DNA of 64,000 nucleotides from an uncultured Fibrobacterota bacterium (GCA_963729895.1 CAVSQB010000027.1:1-64000); one strand, 5' to 3'; shown: positions 49,608 to 60,391, counted from the stretch's first letter. The notes: a model not told the origin generated them from the letters alone. Program-made: numbers and translations.

Positions 49608-49976
49608 CTATTTAGCGGCCGGAGCCGGGGTCTCGGGTTTTTCCTGAGGCGCCGTTCCCGCCGGGCAGTTCTTATCACCGCGCATTTGCATACCGTTCAT
49701 CCAAGGTCTCTGAAAATGTCCCATGAAACCGGGATGCCCCCGGAACTGGGTCCGATCCATCATGCAGCACGCTGCCTGAAAGTTACCTCTATGGAAATGC
49801 CTGGCCGCAACAGGAGATACGAGCGTGAGTCCTGCTATGACAAACAGGATTATGGCCAATATCCTTCCAAAGGAAGCCACTCCCTTGGGCGTTGCCGGCT
49901 GCGTGGAACTCCACAGAGCAAAATAACCGAAACCCACCAACAAAGACGCTGCAACTAAAGCAAAGATAAGATGCAT
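49608..49976 (-). CDS. Small membrane protein
   Basis: 122 aa; two hydrophobic helices; GGTGGTGA RBS. Confidence 0.65.
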   Translation of the reverse strand: MHLIFALVAASLLVGFGYFALWSSTQPATPKGVASFGRILAIILFVIAGLTLVSPVAARHFHRGNFQAACCMMDRTQFRGHPGFMGHFQRPWMNGMQMRGDKNCPAGTAPQEKPETPAPAAK

Positions 49977-50233
49977 ACCATCACCACCCTTTCACGATCC
50001 ATGTTTAATTCGGCGGTCTACGCCGCCTGTTGGAATCTCTTTTACCCTTTTACGCCCTGATCCTCCCCGGGTTCACATAATTCGACAAAGGTTTGGGCCT
50101 GAGTGTTACAGGTATTCGAGAAATAGTTGCATGTGTTGGGTCTCTATCTTTTGCCCCACGGGATGAGCGTGTCCGGATCGATATCCTTGTTTCAAATAAC
50201 GTGTGCGAAAATCTCAAGATAACATTTTTGTGT

Positions 50234-50805
50234 GCTTGGCGTGTGCAGCATATCAGAACGATTTTTGGGATTGCTGAGCCGGTGCGGCACTATACAAGTA
50301 ATATCTTGGATTGCTGAGCGGGTGCAGCGTGGATGTGCCCGTGGCAATATCGAAACAAAGATATGGGCGCCTCGTTGCTATGCAGCGGCGGCCCTCCTTC
50401 CGCGCCACCCCTTCGGGTGCTTCCAAGGGTCGTCGGCCGTTCGGCCTCGGTACCGCCTGTCCCTATGCCGCTGTGTCTCGATACGCCGCTCCCCGAGCGT
50501 CCCGCAGGGATGTATCGAGGGGAGCGGCACTCGACAATCAGCGGCGGGGTCAGGCGGCACTGCGCTCTGCGCACGTTTCAGTCCGGCCTGGCGCGGAGCA
50601 GAAGAACAATTCCACAATTGTCAACTTCACCTATGAGACAATGCATCCAAAGCGAATCAAACGCTCACCTGTACAGCGGCACCTCGTGGGTGCCCCACAA
50701 CGCAAGATTGGATTCTCGCCGCAACACCCACCATGGGGTCACCCGGCACTGCCATCCAAATGCATTTATCTATTAACTTCTCCCGGCTCAGCCCTCCACA
50801 TGAAT
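50234..50805. repeat. Modular non-coding element, family A (array Z + module Y + stem module X)
   Basis: Units at 50234, 50273 and 50313; module Y at 50346-50595; module X and inverted motifs at 50672-50805. Confidence 0.85.
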
Positions 50806-51741
50806 GTGCGTCGGACTTTCGATTGATGTGGCATCGACATAGAGCGCGGCGATCCTGCAATATGCCCAGGCGCCGTACACGCCCAATGAGACCAGCGTCA
50901 GGAGTACCTGCGCCCAGGTAACCTTCCACACGTGGAAATACTCAAGCTTTACGCGCAGAGAATGCGTTGCCGCGCCGTCGCGTGAGATCACGGTCCTGTT
51001 GACGAAGTAATCATAGAGCTTTGCAATCGCAATTGGAAAGTAGATGCCGGCCGTGACCAGGGTCAGCAGAACCTGCGCGAGAATCGTAAGCATCGAGGGG
51101 CCCGCAGCGGTGTTCCATTCCACCGTAAAGCCTTTGTAGGTTATGTGTATCATCCATTTGTAGTACAAGTAGAAATACGGCACCAACACGACGTAGATAA
51201 CCGCAAGGGAAACGATTCGCAAGGGAACGGATGCCTGGAACGCCTTCATCATATACGCGTACCAGGCTCCCCACGCGATCAGGGGCAGAATCCCCGTCAG
51301 AAGGAGAATGGCGAAAAGATGCAGCCCTTTCCCGCCGAAACCGAACCTGCTTCCTTTGTATTCGAGGTTGGACGAAATATGCCGCAGTACGTTCCGGATG
51401 TACCAGGGATAAAAGATCCCGAGGGTGACTATCGACAACAGGATATTCCCGATGTTAAGAAGCACAAAACCGCCGATGGTGCCTTTGTACCCGAACGGTT
51501 CATTGTCGAGCCGGACGCTCGCGAAAATCCTGGTGAGTACCGGCACCACCAGGACGAGCAGCGCCGCCATCATGAACGCAAACAGGAGAAAAAAATAGAA
51601 AAGGTTGGAAAGGTTCCGGGGCTCTGCGCGCATGTGCGCGGACAGGAAATGCATCGCTATGTTGGGTACTGCATACACCATCAAGACGGCGAGGTACAGG
51701 CCGAACCAGTCCTTGCCTTTGAGCTTGAACGCAAACCTCAT
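50788..51741 (-). CDS. DUF898/YjgN-like membrane protein
   Basis: LLSIVTLGIFYPW, LLTLVTAGIYFP and LLTLVSLGVYGAW repeats; GGAGG RBS before MRFAF. Confidence 0.85.
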   Translation of the reverse strand: MRFAFKLKGKDWFGLYLAVLMVYAVPNIAMHFLSAHMRAEPRNLSNLFYFFLLFAFMMAALLVLVVPVLTRIFASVRLDNEPFGYKGTIGGFVLLNIGNILLSIVTLGIFYPWYIRNVLRHISSNLEYKGSRFGFGGKGLHLFAILLLTGILPLIAWGAWYAYMMKAFQASVPLRIVSLAVIYVVLVPYFYLYYKWMIHITYKGFTVEWNTAAGPSMLTILAQVLLTLVTAGIYFPIAIAKLYDYFVNRTVISRDGAATHSLRVKLEYFHVWKVTWAQVLLTLVSLGVYGAWAYCRIAALYVDATSIESPTHIHVEG

Positions 51742-51994
51742 GGAGACCTCCTTCGTGTGTGGAACGTGAGCGGACAGTCCGGCCGAAAAACCAGGTGACG
51801 CACACCAGAGTATACGGTCTTCGACGGCTTTTGTCAACGGCAACAGGCCCGGCGCATCGCCTCACCTTGAACGTGACCGAAGCATCCTCGATATCGGGGC
51901 TCACGCAACGCGAGCGGCTGGGACATCCCTATGGATTTTGTTTACGAACATTGAAATCGGATCATTACGGGAGTTCGGATAGTATTTTTAAACA

Positions 51995-52699
51995 ATGACT
52001 ATGCCGATGTTGGTCCCCATCCTCTTCGAATCCGCCGACATTATCGCCGTGGACAAACCGGAAGGCCTCACCTCCATTCCCGGGTCCGAAAAGGGAAAAG
52101 CCACGCTTCTGGAGCTGCTGACCGCGCAGTACGGCCGGAAGCTGTTTGTGGTTCACCGTCTTGACAAAGACGTGAGCGGGGTGATGCTGTTTGCCGCCGG
52201 CGCGGCCGCCCACAAATGCCTCAACGGCCAGTTTGCCGCGCACACCGTGCGCAAGGCGTATCTCGCGCTTGTCCACGGAACGCTCGATGAGGAAAAAGGA
52301 AGCATCATCAAACCAATCCACCGGTTCGGCTCGGGCCGCATGGGCGTCGACCAGTTGCGGGGAAAACCGAGCAGCACGAACTTTGAGGTGCTGGAGAGGT
52401 CGGCGAAATATACTCTTGTCAAGGCCTTGCCCCTCACGGGCCGCACGCACCAGATCCGGGTGCATTTTTACAGCATCGGCCACCCCATCGTGGGAGACAG
52501 GCTCTACGGCGACACGGCGGCGCAGGCCGCGTTCCCGCGAATGATGCTTCATGCGCAGACGATCACGTTCAAATTGTTGTCCGGCGAAGAGAAGACCCTT
52601 GAGGCGCCTGTGCCGCAATCGTTTGTTGCGGGGTTGGATTCGCTGCTCACTCATGACCGTCCGCATTTGCAAACATCCTTGACTTGCGGGCGAGAATAA
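51995..52699 (+). CDS. RluA-family pseudouridine synthase
   Basis: VDKPEGL, VHRLDKDVSG, TGRTHQIRVH, GHPIVGD and MLHA. Confidence 0.95.
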   Translation: MTMPMLVPILFESADIIAVDKPEGLTSIPGSEKGKATLLELLTAQYGRKLFVVHRLDKDVSGVMLFAAGAAAHKCLNGQFAAHTVRKAYLALVHGTLDEEKGSIIKPIHRFGSGRMGVDQLRGKPSSTNFEVLERSAKYTLVKALPLTGRTHQIRVHFYSIGHPIVGDRLYGDTAAQAAFPRMMLHAQTITFKLLSGEEKTLEAPVPQSFVAGLDSLLTHDRPHLQTSLTCGRE

Positions 52700-52732
52700 T
52701 TTTGGGAAAGCAATGTTGGCAAAGGAGGATCA

Positions 52733-54058
52733 ATGAATCGCACGGTTCTCTCTTCCCTGCTTGCCATTACACTCTACGCGTGCGGGATCGATGCGGCAAC
52801 CTTTCTTGTCGGACAAGCCCGCGCCTTCAAAACGCCGTCGGATGTTGCCGGCACCGTGGGCAATGGCGACACGGTACTGATCGATACCGGAACCTATACC
52901 GGGCAGGCATGCACCTGGAGCGCAAACAACCTGACGTTGCGGGGTGCTGCACGGTATGCACATCTGATTCCGCCGAACCCGGTGCCCAATGAGAAAGCGA
53001 TATGGATAATCGACGGACAGAATACGACGGTTGAGAATATAGAGTTTTCGGATGCCTCGATATCCGATGCGGATGGCGGCAACGGCGCCGGCATCCGTCA
53101 GGAAGGCGTCAATCTCATTGTCCGGCATTGTTATTTTCATGATTGTCAGGATGGAATTCTTGAAAGCAATATTGCGGCGAGCAACATAACCATGGAATAT
53201 TCGGAATTCGCCCGCTGCGGAAATGCGACCGGCCCGAATTCCGGTTACACTCACAATATTTACATCGGCCACTGTGCGTCGCTGACCATGCGGTTCTGCT
53301 ATTCCCATGACGCACTGGTGGGACATACGCTCAAGAGCCGGGCCCATACGAATTACATTTTCTGCAACCGTATAATGTCGCTGAACAGCACCACCAGTTA
53401 TGAAGCGAGTTTTCCGAACGGCGGGACGGCGTTTCTCATCGGCAATTGCGTTGAGCAGGGGCCCAATTCGCAGAATTCCGTGATTATTGACTACGGATCG
53501 GAAGGGCTTTCCGGGTACGATTCCTCATTTTATGTTGTCAACAATACGGTGGTCAACGATCTCGGCAGCGGTACATTCGTGAGGATCGCGAATACGTCAC
53601 AAGCCGCAAGAGTCATCAATAACCTCTTTTCCGGACCGGGAACACCGTATTCCGGGCCGGTTGACACAACGGCAAACATTTTCACCACTGCGCCGGGCTT
53701 TGTGGACAAAGCCAATTTCGATTACCACCTTACCGCAACATCGCCTGCGGTCGACAAGGGGGTAAATCCGGGCGCCGTGGGCTCCCTTAGTCTGGCGCCC
53801 GATTCACAGTATGTATACGACCTGAACGGGTCGCCGCGAAGCATTGTCGGGGCCGCCATCGATGTGGGTGCGTTTGAGTATTCGCCTTTATCCGTGGTGT
53901 CGCCGCAGGCCCCGATTCTGCAGATGTCGTCGAATCGCCGTGCTTACAGGCTCGGCTTTCATCCGCGGCTGGACATGATGGGACGGTTGATTTCAGGTAA
54001 TCAACAAAAGGCGGGAGCGCGTACAAGCGCGTTCATGATAGGGCCGGATCTTCCTTGA
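52733..54058 (+). CDS. Secreted right-handed beta-helix (pectin-lyase-like) protein
   Basis: Signal peptide; NGAGIR, HNIYIG, GHTLKSRA, DYHL..TSPAVDKG and DVGAFEY. Confidence 0.8.
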   Translation: MNRTVLSSLLAITLYACGIDAATFLVGQARAFKTPSDVAGTVGNGDTVLIDTGTYTGQACTWSANNLTLRGAARYAHLIPPNPVPNEKAIWIIDGQNTTVENIEFSDASISDADGGNGAGIRQEGVNLIVRHCYFHDCQDGILESNIAASNITMEYSEFARCGNATGPNSGYTHNIYIGHCASLTMRFCYSHDALVGHTLKSRAHTNYIFCNRIMSLNSTTSYEASFPNGGTAFLIGNCVEQGPNSQNSVIIDYGSEGLSGYDSSFYVVNNTVVNDLGSGTFVRIANTSQAARVINNLFSGPGTPYSGPVDTTANIFTTAPGFVDKANFDYHLTATSPAVDKGVNPGAVGSLSLAPDSQYVYDLNGSPRSIVGAAIDVGAFEYSPLSVVSPQAPILQMSSNRRAYRLGFHPRLDMMGRLISGNQQKAGARTSAFMIGPDLP

Positions 54059-54106
54059 TTTTTTTCCGGACACATGCTGCACCGCAGGAACCGCAACGTG
54101 CGCCGA

Positions 54107-54829
54107 CTAGGCGGATTCCTGCTTTTCCATTGCCTTGTTGCGCAGGTCACGGGGCATTTTTTCTATCGCATACCGCAATGCCGTTCGCGGCATCACATTC
54201 CTGTTCTTCATGACGTACTCGAACACCTCCTGCGGGTGGAGCTTGCTCGCTTCCTTGAGCATCCAGCCATAGCCTTTCTGCACCAGGTCGTCGCGGTCCT
54301 CAAGCAGGATGCCGGCGATGTCGAAAACATCCTTGAGAAATCTGCCGTGGCGCGCCGGAAGAATGAGCGTGACCGCGGCGGCGCGCCGCTTCCACCGGTT
54401 GTCCGACGCGGCCCACGATTTCAACCGCTTCACGTATGCGGGAAACGCGTCCACAAAGGAACCCACGGCGTGGTTGCACAGGGTGTCGCATTCGGCCCAG
54501 TTGCTCACAGAGGCGGAAAGCCAGCGTTCGAACACGGCAAAGTCGGCCTCCTCGAACGACGCGTGCAGGTTGTAGGCCCATTCGTAGGCGATAATCGCCG
54601 CCTCGACATACCCGGACTTCAACAGTTCTTCACATAAGGCAAAGATCTCCTTCTTCCCGCGCTTCTTTACCAGCGCGAAATGCTCGCGTCCGATGCGGCG
54701 ATAAGCCGTTGAAGGCGCGCCGTAGAACTTCACCTTTTCCTTGAAGAACGTTTCCGCGGTCTTCCTGGATTTTTCGCTGCCGCTTTGCTTGAGCGACCGC
54801 TGGATGCTTCGGACGACGTCATCCGTCAT
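54107..54829 (-). CDS. DNA alkylation repair protein (AlkD-like)
   Basis: NWAECDTL, NRWKRRAA, DLVQKGYGWMLKE and PRTALRYAIEK. Confidence 0.88.
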   Translation of the reverse strand: MTDDVVRSIQRSLKQSGSEKSRKTAETFFKEKVKFYGAPSTAYRRIGREHFALVKKRGKKEIFALCEELLKSGYVEAAIIAYEWAYNLHASFEEADFAVFERWLSASVSNWAECDTLCNHAVGSFVDAFPAYVKRLKSWAASDNRWKRRAAAVTLILPARHGRFLKDVFDIAGILLEDRDDLVQKGYGWMLKEASKLHPQEVFEYVMKNRNVMPRTALRYAIEKMPRDLRNKAMEKQESA

Positions 54830-54983
54830 AAGCGCTTCTCTTTCCTTGTTGCAAACGGTTGTTTCACGACATTGGTTTGGGGTAACTCCCGTCGCAACCG
54901 TTGTTTTGTCGCGACGGGCTCACCTCGATCGGCAATTCCATGCAGATTTCGGCCCTTTTCCCTTCGCCCTGAAGCAGGAATAG

Positions 54984-55292
54984 TTATCCTGTTACCCCGA
55001 ATACCTGGTCCCAATTCACCTCATCCACCGGCCGTTTCTTTGTGGGGGCTGCGGACGGGTTGGCTCCGGACGGTATGTTGCCCATCGCTCCGCACTCTCT
55101 CAAGATCTGTTGGCATTGGCACAGGCATGGGTTATTTGCATCCCCGTTCATGCTTTGCCCGTTGGATGCGCCCATGGCAGGACTCGTACCGGATTGTGTG
55201 ACGCCCGGGGATGCCGGGTCGCCTGCAAAGGAAAGAACCGCGCTTACGAGAACCGCCGAAACCGCCCCGATAATGATTCTTTGAAGTTTCAT
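54984..55292 (-). CDS. Small secreted hypothetical protein
   Basis: AAGGAG RBS; signal peptide MKLQRIIIGAVSAVLVSAVLSFA. Confidence 0.6.
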   Translation of the reverse strand: MKLQRIIIGAVSAVLVSAVLSFAGDPASPGVTQSGTSPAMGASNGQSMNGDANNPCLCQCQQILRECGAMGNIPSGANPSAAPTKKRPVDEVNWDQVFGVTG

Positions 55293-55495
55293 GGGGAACT
55301 CCTTTCACTTTTTTCAGGAGTACACCTCCCCTTTCCCTCCTCACTAAAAATACGCCGGAAACCGCCGTCATATTGCCCGAAACGCAGAAACCCAGGCGGC
55401 TGCGACGCCGCAAGCCTGGGAATCCTCGCGGCCGGACAATGATGTGTCAAGGCCCATTTGTCGGTTCGGTTGCTTTTTCCAGGCAGGCGTAGCGC

Positions 55496-56209
55496 TTACG
55501 CGGAAGGCGTGGAACAGGAAATGTCTTCAAACACAAGGCAGGCGTTGCCCGTGCCTCCGCAATCGACCTCGAGCGAATACTTCAAGTCGGCCTGCACATC
55601 GTCGAATTCGAATTCCACGCTCTGGTCGCCCTGTTGGGTTCCATCGGTCATCGCCATCGTTTTGCTGTAGGTGGCCTCGGAATCGGTGCTGAAAAGCCTG
55701 AATGAATCGTTTTGGAGGCGCTCGTCGCTCGCATCAGCCTCGATGCGGACAACGATGGACGCGGCGGCATGCGGAAGGGTGAGCGTTTCGCTTTCCGCCT
55801 TCTTGTCGGCGCGCGAATGCTCGGCCGTAAAGAAATAGTCGACGGAACCGTCTTTGTAGTCGTCGGGAAAGAAGAGCTGGAGCTGGGCCTGGGCCACGCC
55901 GCCGTCCTCATTGGCGTCGGCCTTGTGCTTGAGGTCCTGATCCGCCCCCTGGTAGGTGCAGAACAGTTTGAACGTTACGCGGGTCTGCGAGGTTTGCTCC
56001 TTGTACGCAACGGAGACCTGCACCGCGCATTTGTCGTTGAACCCGATTCCCGCGTCCGGCGGAACGAATTTCGCGTCCGACAACGTCACGATCGACCCGG
56101 CCTTTTCCCCGGCCGGGTCGTCGGCCGCCGCGGGTTGTTGCTTGTCGTCGTCGTGCACGGGCTTCATGAAAAAGCCCGGGTCGTTGATGTCATGCCAGGG
56201 TTCGGACAT
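55496..56209 (-). CDS. Hypothetical acidic beta-rich protein
   Basis: 237 aa; AAGGAG RBS; host-like codon usage. Confidence 0.65.
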   Translation of the reverse strand: MSEPWHDINDPGFFMKPVHDDDKQQPAAADDPAGEKAGSIVTLSDAKFVPPDAGIGFNDKCAVQVSVAYKEQTSQTRVTFKLFCTYQGADQDLKHKADANEDGGVAQAQLQLFFPDDYKDGSVDYFFTAEHSRADKKAESETLTLPHAAASIVVRIEADASDERLQNDSFRLFSTDSEATYSKTMAMTDGTQQGDQSVEFEFDDVQADLKYSLEVDCGGTGNACLVFEDISCSTPSA

Positions 56210-56391
56210 ACGGTTAACGCTCCTTGTAGGGATTGCAGCAAGGGCCCTTGTCTAAAATACGAAACGAAAAGAGCTGCTGCCAGTTTCTTGTGATCGGAAG
56301 AGGAAGCGGCGGATCACCGGCTAGCGCGGCGTCCGTGGGATGAGGGGCTTGCTGCAGCGGTCCTGTCTAACCGTGACTACCCGCGAAGACA

Positions 56392-57714
56392 TTATCTGAG
56401 ATACTTGACGAAACAAATGCCTTCCTTGGCAATTGACAAAGGCAAACACGCGGTGGTCCCCGAGATGTGTTGTTTTTTCCACAACCTGACGCCGTTCACA
56501 CTGTACACTTCAAATCCCTTCACATCGGAAGGCACCGGTATTTCCGGGCTGCCGCGGGAAACTGCCAGCAACTTCCCGCACGCATCAAAAGGTTTGGTCT
56601 GACGATCAGCCCCGGTTTTCCCGGAAACAACAGCCGTGGGAATAGCCGCGATCAGCGAAACGCCTTCCCCTGCCAGAAGGAATGCGCCGTGGCCTTCCGG
56701 AATTGAAGTTGCCATGGTCGGGCTGCCCGGTTGGTTGCTCCACGGCTGCCCGTAGCCGACCCTCCCGTTCGTGTCCACAACCTTGACAAGCGCCGACCAT
56801 GCCTTGCGGATGGGGGGCACAAATGTGCCCGTATCCAATATCCCCCACGACACGCCGAGCGCCATTGCGTAGGCGAAAAACGAGGTACAGCTTGACTCGG
56901 GGTTTGGAAACTCGGTCGGCTCGAAAAGGCTCGTACGCCACATTCCATCAGGCTGCTGCTTGCTGCGAATGGTATCGCAGAACATTTTGAATGTCGCCTC
57001 CCACGCCGGCCTGTACTTTGAATTCGCCGGCATGTACTTGAGCGCGCGAACAAGGCCTCCCAGCACCCAGGCGTTTCCCGGGCCCCAGAACTGCGGATAG
57101 CCGTCGGCGGTTTTCTTGAAACTTGCCAGCGTGTTCCAGTACCAGAGCTTATACACCGTGTCCTGGAAATCTTTTTCCGCCCCGCGGAACATGACGTTGA
57201 GGGAATCGTAATACATCGGATTTCCGGTAATGTACCCCATCATGGCGAAATCCGGCAGGCCCATATAGACGGCGTCCTGCCATCCGAAAAGATGATTGAC
57301 CGGCTGTTGCAGTATTCCGTCGAGTGCGGTTTTTGAGACCTGATATTTGGAGGCATTGGCCGGAACCGAGTCCACGATATACCGTTCGCAGAACGTCTGG
57401 ATGCAGCACAGGTTGTCGCCGGTCCCGCCGCCCCACGTCCAGTTCCAGCCGTTTCCCCACTTGTCAATGCTGTCGAGCCATTGCTGCTCCTTGGTGGTAC
57501 GGTAGAGGCCCGTGATGCCGGTCATGATGGTGCCGCCGTCCCAGTTCCTGTTGATGCCGGCGGCGGTGCCGCCGCCCCAGGTGGCAAAGGCGTATCTCGC
57601 CACCTTCCGCATAATGCTCTTGATGCTGTCCGGGCTGAACTCGTCCGCGCTTGCCGCCTGAGCGATCAACAAAAGTGAGACGAGAATGACGGCCGCCCGA
57701 AAACTGCTTCTCAT
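56392..57714 (-). CDS. Secreted GH105/GH88-like unsaturated glycuronyl hydrolase with T9SS-like CTD
   Basis: WQDAVYM, FWGPGNAWVLGGL, QQPDGMWRTSL, ESSCTS and GAFLLAG; start MRSSF. Confidence 0.85.
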   Translation of the reverse strand: MRSSFRAAVILVSLLLIAQAASADEFSPDSIKSIMRKVARYAFATWGGGTAAGINRNWDGGTIMTGITGLYRTTKEQQWLDSIDKWGNGWNWTWGGGTGDNLCCIQTFCERYIVDSVPANASKYQVSKTALDGILQQPVNHLFGWQDAVYMGLPDFAMMGYITGNPMYYDSLNVMFRGAEKDFQDTVYKLWYWNTLASFKKTADGYPQFWGPGNAWVLGGLVRALKYMPANSKYRPAWEATFKMFCDTIRSKQQPDGMWRTSLFEPTEFPNPESSCTSFFAYAMALGVSWGILDTGTFVPPIRKAWSALVKVVDTNGRVGYGQPWSNQPGSPTMATSIPEGHGAFLLAGEGVSLIAAIPTAVVSGKTGADRQTKPFDACGKLLAVSRGSPEIPVPSDVKGFEVYSVNGVRLWKKQHISGTTACLPLSIAKEGICFVKYLR

Positions 57715-57923
57715 AAGATACCCCTTTGTGCCGTGCAACGGCACATCCTGAATATAATGATTTTTCCCGCGCGCGCCGTTGAATTGTTCCATTGCCGGAG
57801 GTGCAGGCCGCCGGCGTGCGTGCCCGGGTTGTGCGGGGTCGTATACAAACTGAATACATAAACTGGTTTTCTTCCCCGTTTTCCGGTGTATCACCTCCGC
57901 ACTTTATGGTAGATTTATCGTAT

Positions 57924-58781
57924 ATGGAAAAGGTCTTCACCTACATTGATTACCGAAAATTCCTCCTCGATTATTACAATGAGAAGAAGGCCACCACGCA
58001 CTTTTTTTCCTACCGGTATTTCTCGAACAAGGCAAGCATCAAGTCGCCGGTGTTCCTCAAGCAGGTGATTGAGGGCGAGCGCAATCTCACCCTGCAAACC
58101 ATCGACAAATTCATCGGCGCGCTCAATCTTAACAAAAAGGAAGCCACGTTCTTCCGGCACCTGGTCCAGTTCAATCAGTCGACAACGGCGATCGAAAAGC
58201 AGGAACACTACAGTGTCATGCTGTCGATGATGGACTACGTCAACGAGCACCGGCTCTCTGCTGACCAGTATGCCTACTTCGATACGTGGTTCAACAGCGC
58301 GGTGCGCGAGCTGATCTGCCTGTACGATTTCCGCGACAACTGGGACCTGCTTGCACGAAGCGTGCGGCCGGCCATTACGCCGCGCGACGCGAAACAGTCG
58401 GTGGAACTGCTCGTGAGGCTCAACCTGGTGAAGAAACAGAAAAACGGCTCCTACCGGCAGACCGATTCGGCCATAACCAGCGGCGGCGACGTTCTCTCCC
58501 CGGCCAGGCGTTCGTTCAACAGCGCCATGCTCCTGCTCGCCCGCGATTCCAACGAATCCCTTCCGCCCGACGTGAGGAACATCTCGGGCGTCACCCTGGG
58601 CATATCAAAAGCGTGCTACCACGTGCTCATCGCCGAACTCACGGCATTCAAGGAACGGGTGATCTCTATTGTCAACAGGGATGAGGAAAGCAGCAGGGTA
58701 TACCAGTTCAATTTCCAGCTTTTTCCGCTGAGTGAAGATACGAACGACATCAAGACGCACGACAAAGGGACCGACCGATGA
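57924..58781 (+). CDS. TIGR02147-family protein, paralog 2
   Basis: 285 aa; VFTYIDYRKFLLDYY, FSYRYFS, VIEGERNL, WFNSAVRE and VYQFNFQLFPL. Confidence 0.9.
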   Translation: MEKVFTYIDYRKFLLDYYNEKKATTHFFSYRYFSNKASIKSPVFLKQVIEGERNLTLQTIDKFIGALNLNKKEATFFRHLVQFNQSTTAIEKQEHYSVMLSMMDYVNEHRLSADQYAYFDTWFNSAVRELICLYDFRDNWDLLARSVRPAITPRDAKQSVELLVRLNLVKKQKNGSYRQTDSAITSGGDVLSPARRSFNSAMLLLARDSNESLPPDVRNISGVTLGISKACYHVLIAELTAFKERVISIVNRDEESSRVYQFNFQLFPLSEDTNDIKTHDKGTDR

Positions 58782-60391
58782 GAGCGTTTTTTATAGCCGC
58801 CGCATTCTGCCTGGCGATTTCCTGCCAGCGAACCGCGGACCTCGCCGGCGGCACCAGTTCGTCGGAGAACGCAAAAGTCAACGGCACCATAACCGATGCG
58901 ACGGGCGCTCCGGCGTCCGGCGCGCGGGTGATGCTCATACCGTCCGGCCTCAATCCGGCCCTGGGCCAGCCTGGCAAGAGCATCGCCCGCGACACGACCA
59001 ACGGTGCGGGCGCCTATGCGTTCGACGGCATCGCTCCGGGGACGTATAATATCCAGGCCGCAAGCGCGGCAAACGGCACGTCGCTCCTTATCACCGGAAT
59101 CGCGCTCAACAGCAAAGACTCCCTTACCGTTCCGCCGGATACGCTCCGTGGAAACGGCACCATCATCGTCGTGTTCAAAAATTCCCCCGATTCTTCAGCA
59201 CTCAATGTTTACATTCCAGGAACCACCTGTTTTGAGACCGTTGCGGCCAACGCCACGTCCGTTGCGATCGATTCGGTTCCGTGTGGGACCATTCCTTCCG
59301 TCCTCATGCAGAAAAACGGAACGTCCGCTCCCGTTCTTGTCGGCAGCAACGTGAGCGTTCAGCCGTCCGACACCACCTATCTTTCGAATTCGGCGAAAAT
59401 CTATATCAACACCTCCTCGACAGGCGCCAATGTTTCCCAAACAATAACCCATTTCCCCCTGCTCGTCCGCCTGGATTCCACGTTTGCGTTCGGCCAGGCC
59501 AGGCCCGACGGCGGCGATATCCGGTTTGCAAAACAGGACGGAACGCCGCTCCATTACGAAATCGCGCGCTGGGACACCGCTGCCAAACAGGCTGCCGTGT
59601 GGGTCTCGGTGGATACCGTGTACCCGAATTCCTACACACAGCATATTACCATGTCGTGGGGATATTCCACCTTGCAAAGCGCGTCGAACTCTGCGGCGGT
59701 TTTCACTACCTCTTTCGGTTTTGCCGGGGTGTGGCACCTCGAAGATGCGGCAACGGCCCTGGGAACGGCGATGGCGTTTAGAGACGCAACGAACAACGCG
59801 GCCTGGGGATCCGACTTCATCGCCGCGGTCGACCGGGACGGCGTTGTCGGGCTGGGTCACGATTTCAACGGATCGGATTATATCCTGGTGAGCAAACAGA
59901 TCCTGTCGATGGCGTCGGGCGACTTTACCATCGCGCTGTGGGCGAATCTTCGCAGGGAACGCGGCGCGCTCGTCTCAAAGGACACCGCGACCTCCCAGGA
60001 TTCGTGCGCGCGGCAGTTGTACCTCGGCGATGCTCCGGGCGATTCAAGCGGCCTGTACCCCACGTTCGGCGGTAAGGCCTGCGGCACCGCAACGGCGAAT
60101 GCGGCCGTGTCGCTCAACGCGTGGCATTACCTTGCGTTTACCTGGAGCAACGGATCGAAGACGCCGTTGTTCTACATCGACGGCGTGCAAACGGGACTGT
60201 CTGCAAACTCGCTCACCTCGGGCTGTCCCGACAATCCGAGGGACAGGATCGTTTTCGGGTACGATGTCCAGTACCTGTTCGGCTATCTTGACGAAATACA
60301 TATTTCCGGAGCCGCACGGTCGGCCGGATGGATAAAACTCTCGTACGAAAATCAGCGGCCGGGCCAGACGCTCGTCACCATTGTGCAGTAG
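58778..60391 (+). CDS. Lipoprotein with carboxypeptidase-regulatory-like, DUF2341-like and LamG-like domains
   Basis: Lipobox LAISC; FPLLVRL...DGGDIRF...YEIARWD; GVWHL; WHYLAFTW; GYLDEIHIS...WIKLSYENQ; ATGA overlap with the upstream gene. Confidence 0.85.
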   Translation: MRAFFIAAAFCLAISCQRTADLAGGTSSSENAKVNGTITDATGAPASGARVMLIPSGLNPALGQPGKSIARDTTNGAGAYAFDGIAPGTYNIQAASAANGTSLLITGIALNSKDSLTVPPDTLRGNGTIIVVFKNSPDSSALNVYIPGTTCFETVAANATSVAIDSVPCGTIPSVLMQKNGTSAPVLVGSNVSVQPSDTTYLSNSAKIYINTSSTGANVSQTITHFPLLVRLDSTFAFGQARPDGGDIRFAKQDGTPLHYEIARWDTAAKQAAVWVSVDTVYPNSYTQHITMSWGYSTLQSASNSAAVFTTSFGFAGVWHLEDAATALGTAMAFRDATNNAAWGSDFIAAVDRDGVVGLGHDFNGSDYILVSKQILSMASGDFTIALWANLRRERGALVSKDTATSQDSCARQLYLGDAPGDSSGLYPTFGGKACGTATANAAVSLNAWHYLAFTWSNGSKTPLFYIDGVQTGLSANSLTSGCPDNPRDRIVFGYDVQYLFGYLDEIHISGAARSAGWIKLSYENQRPGQTLVTIVQ

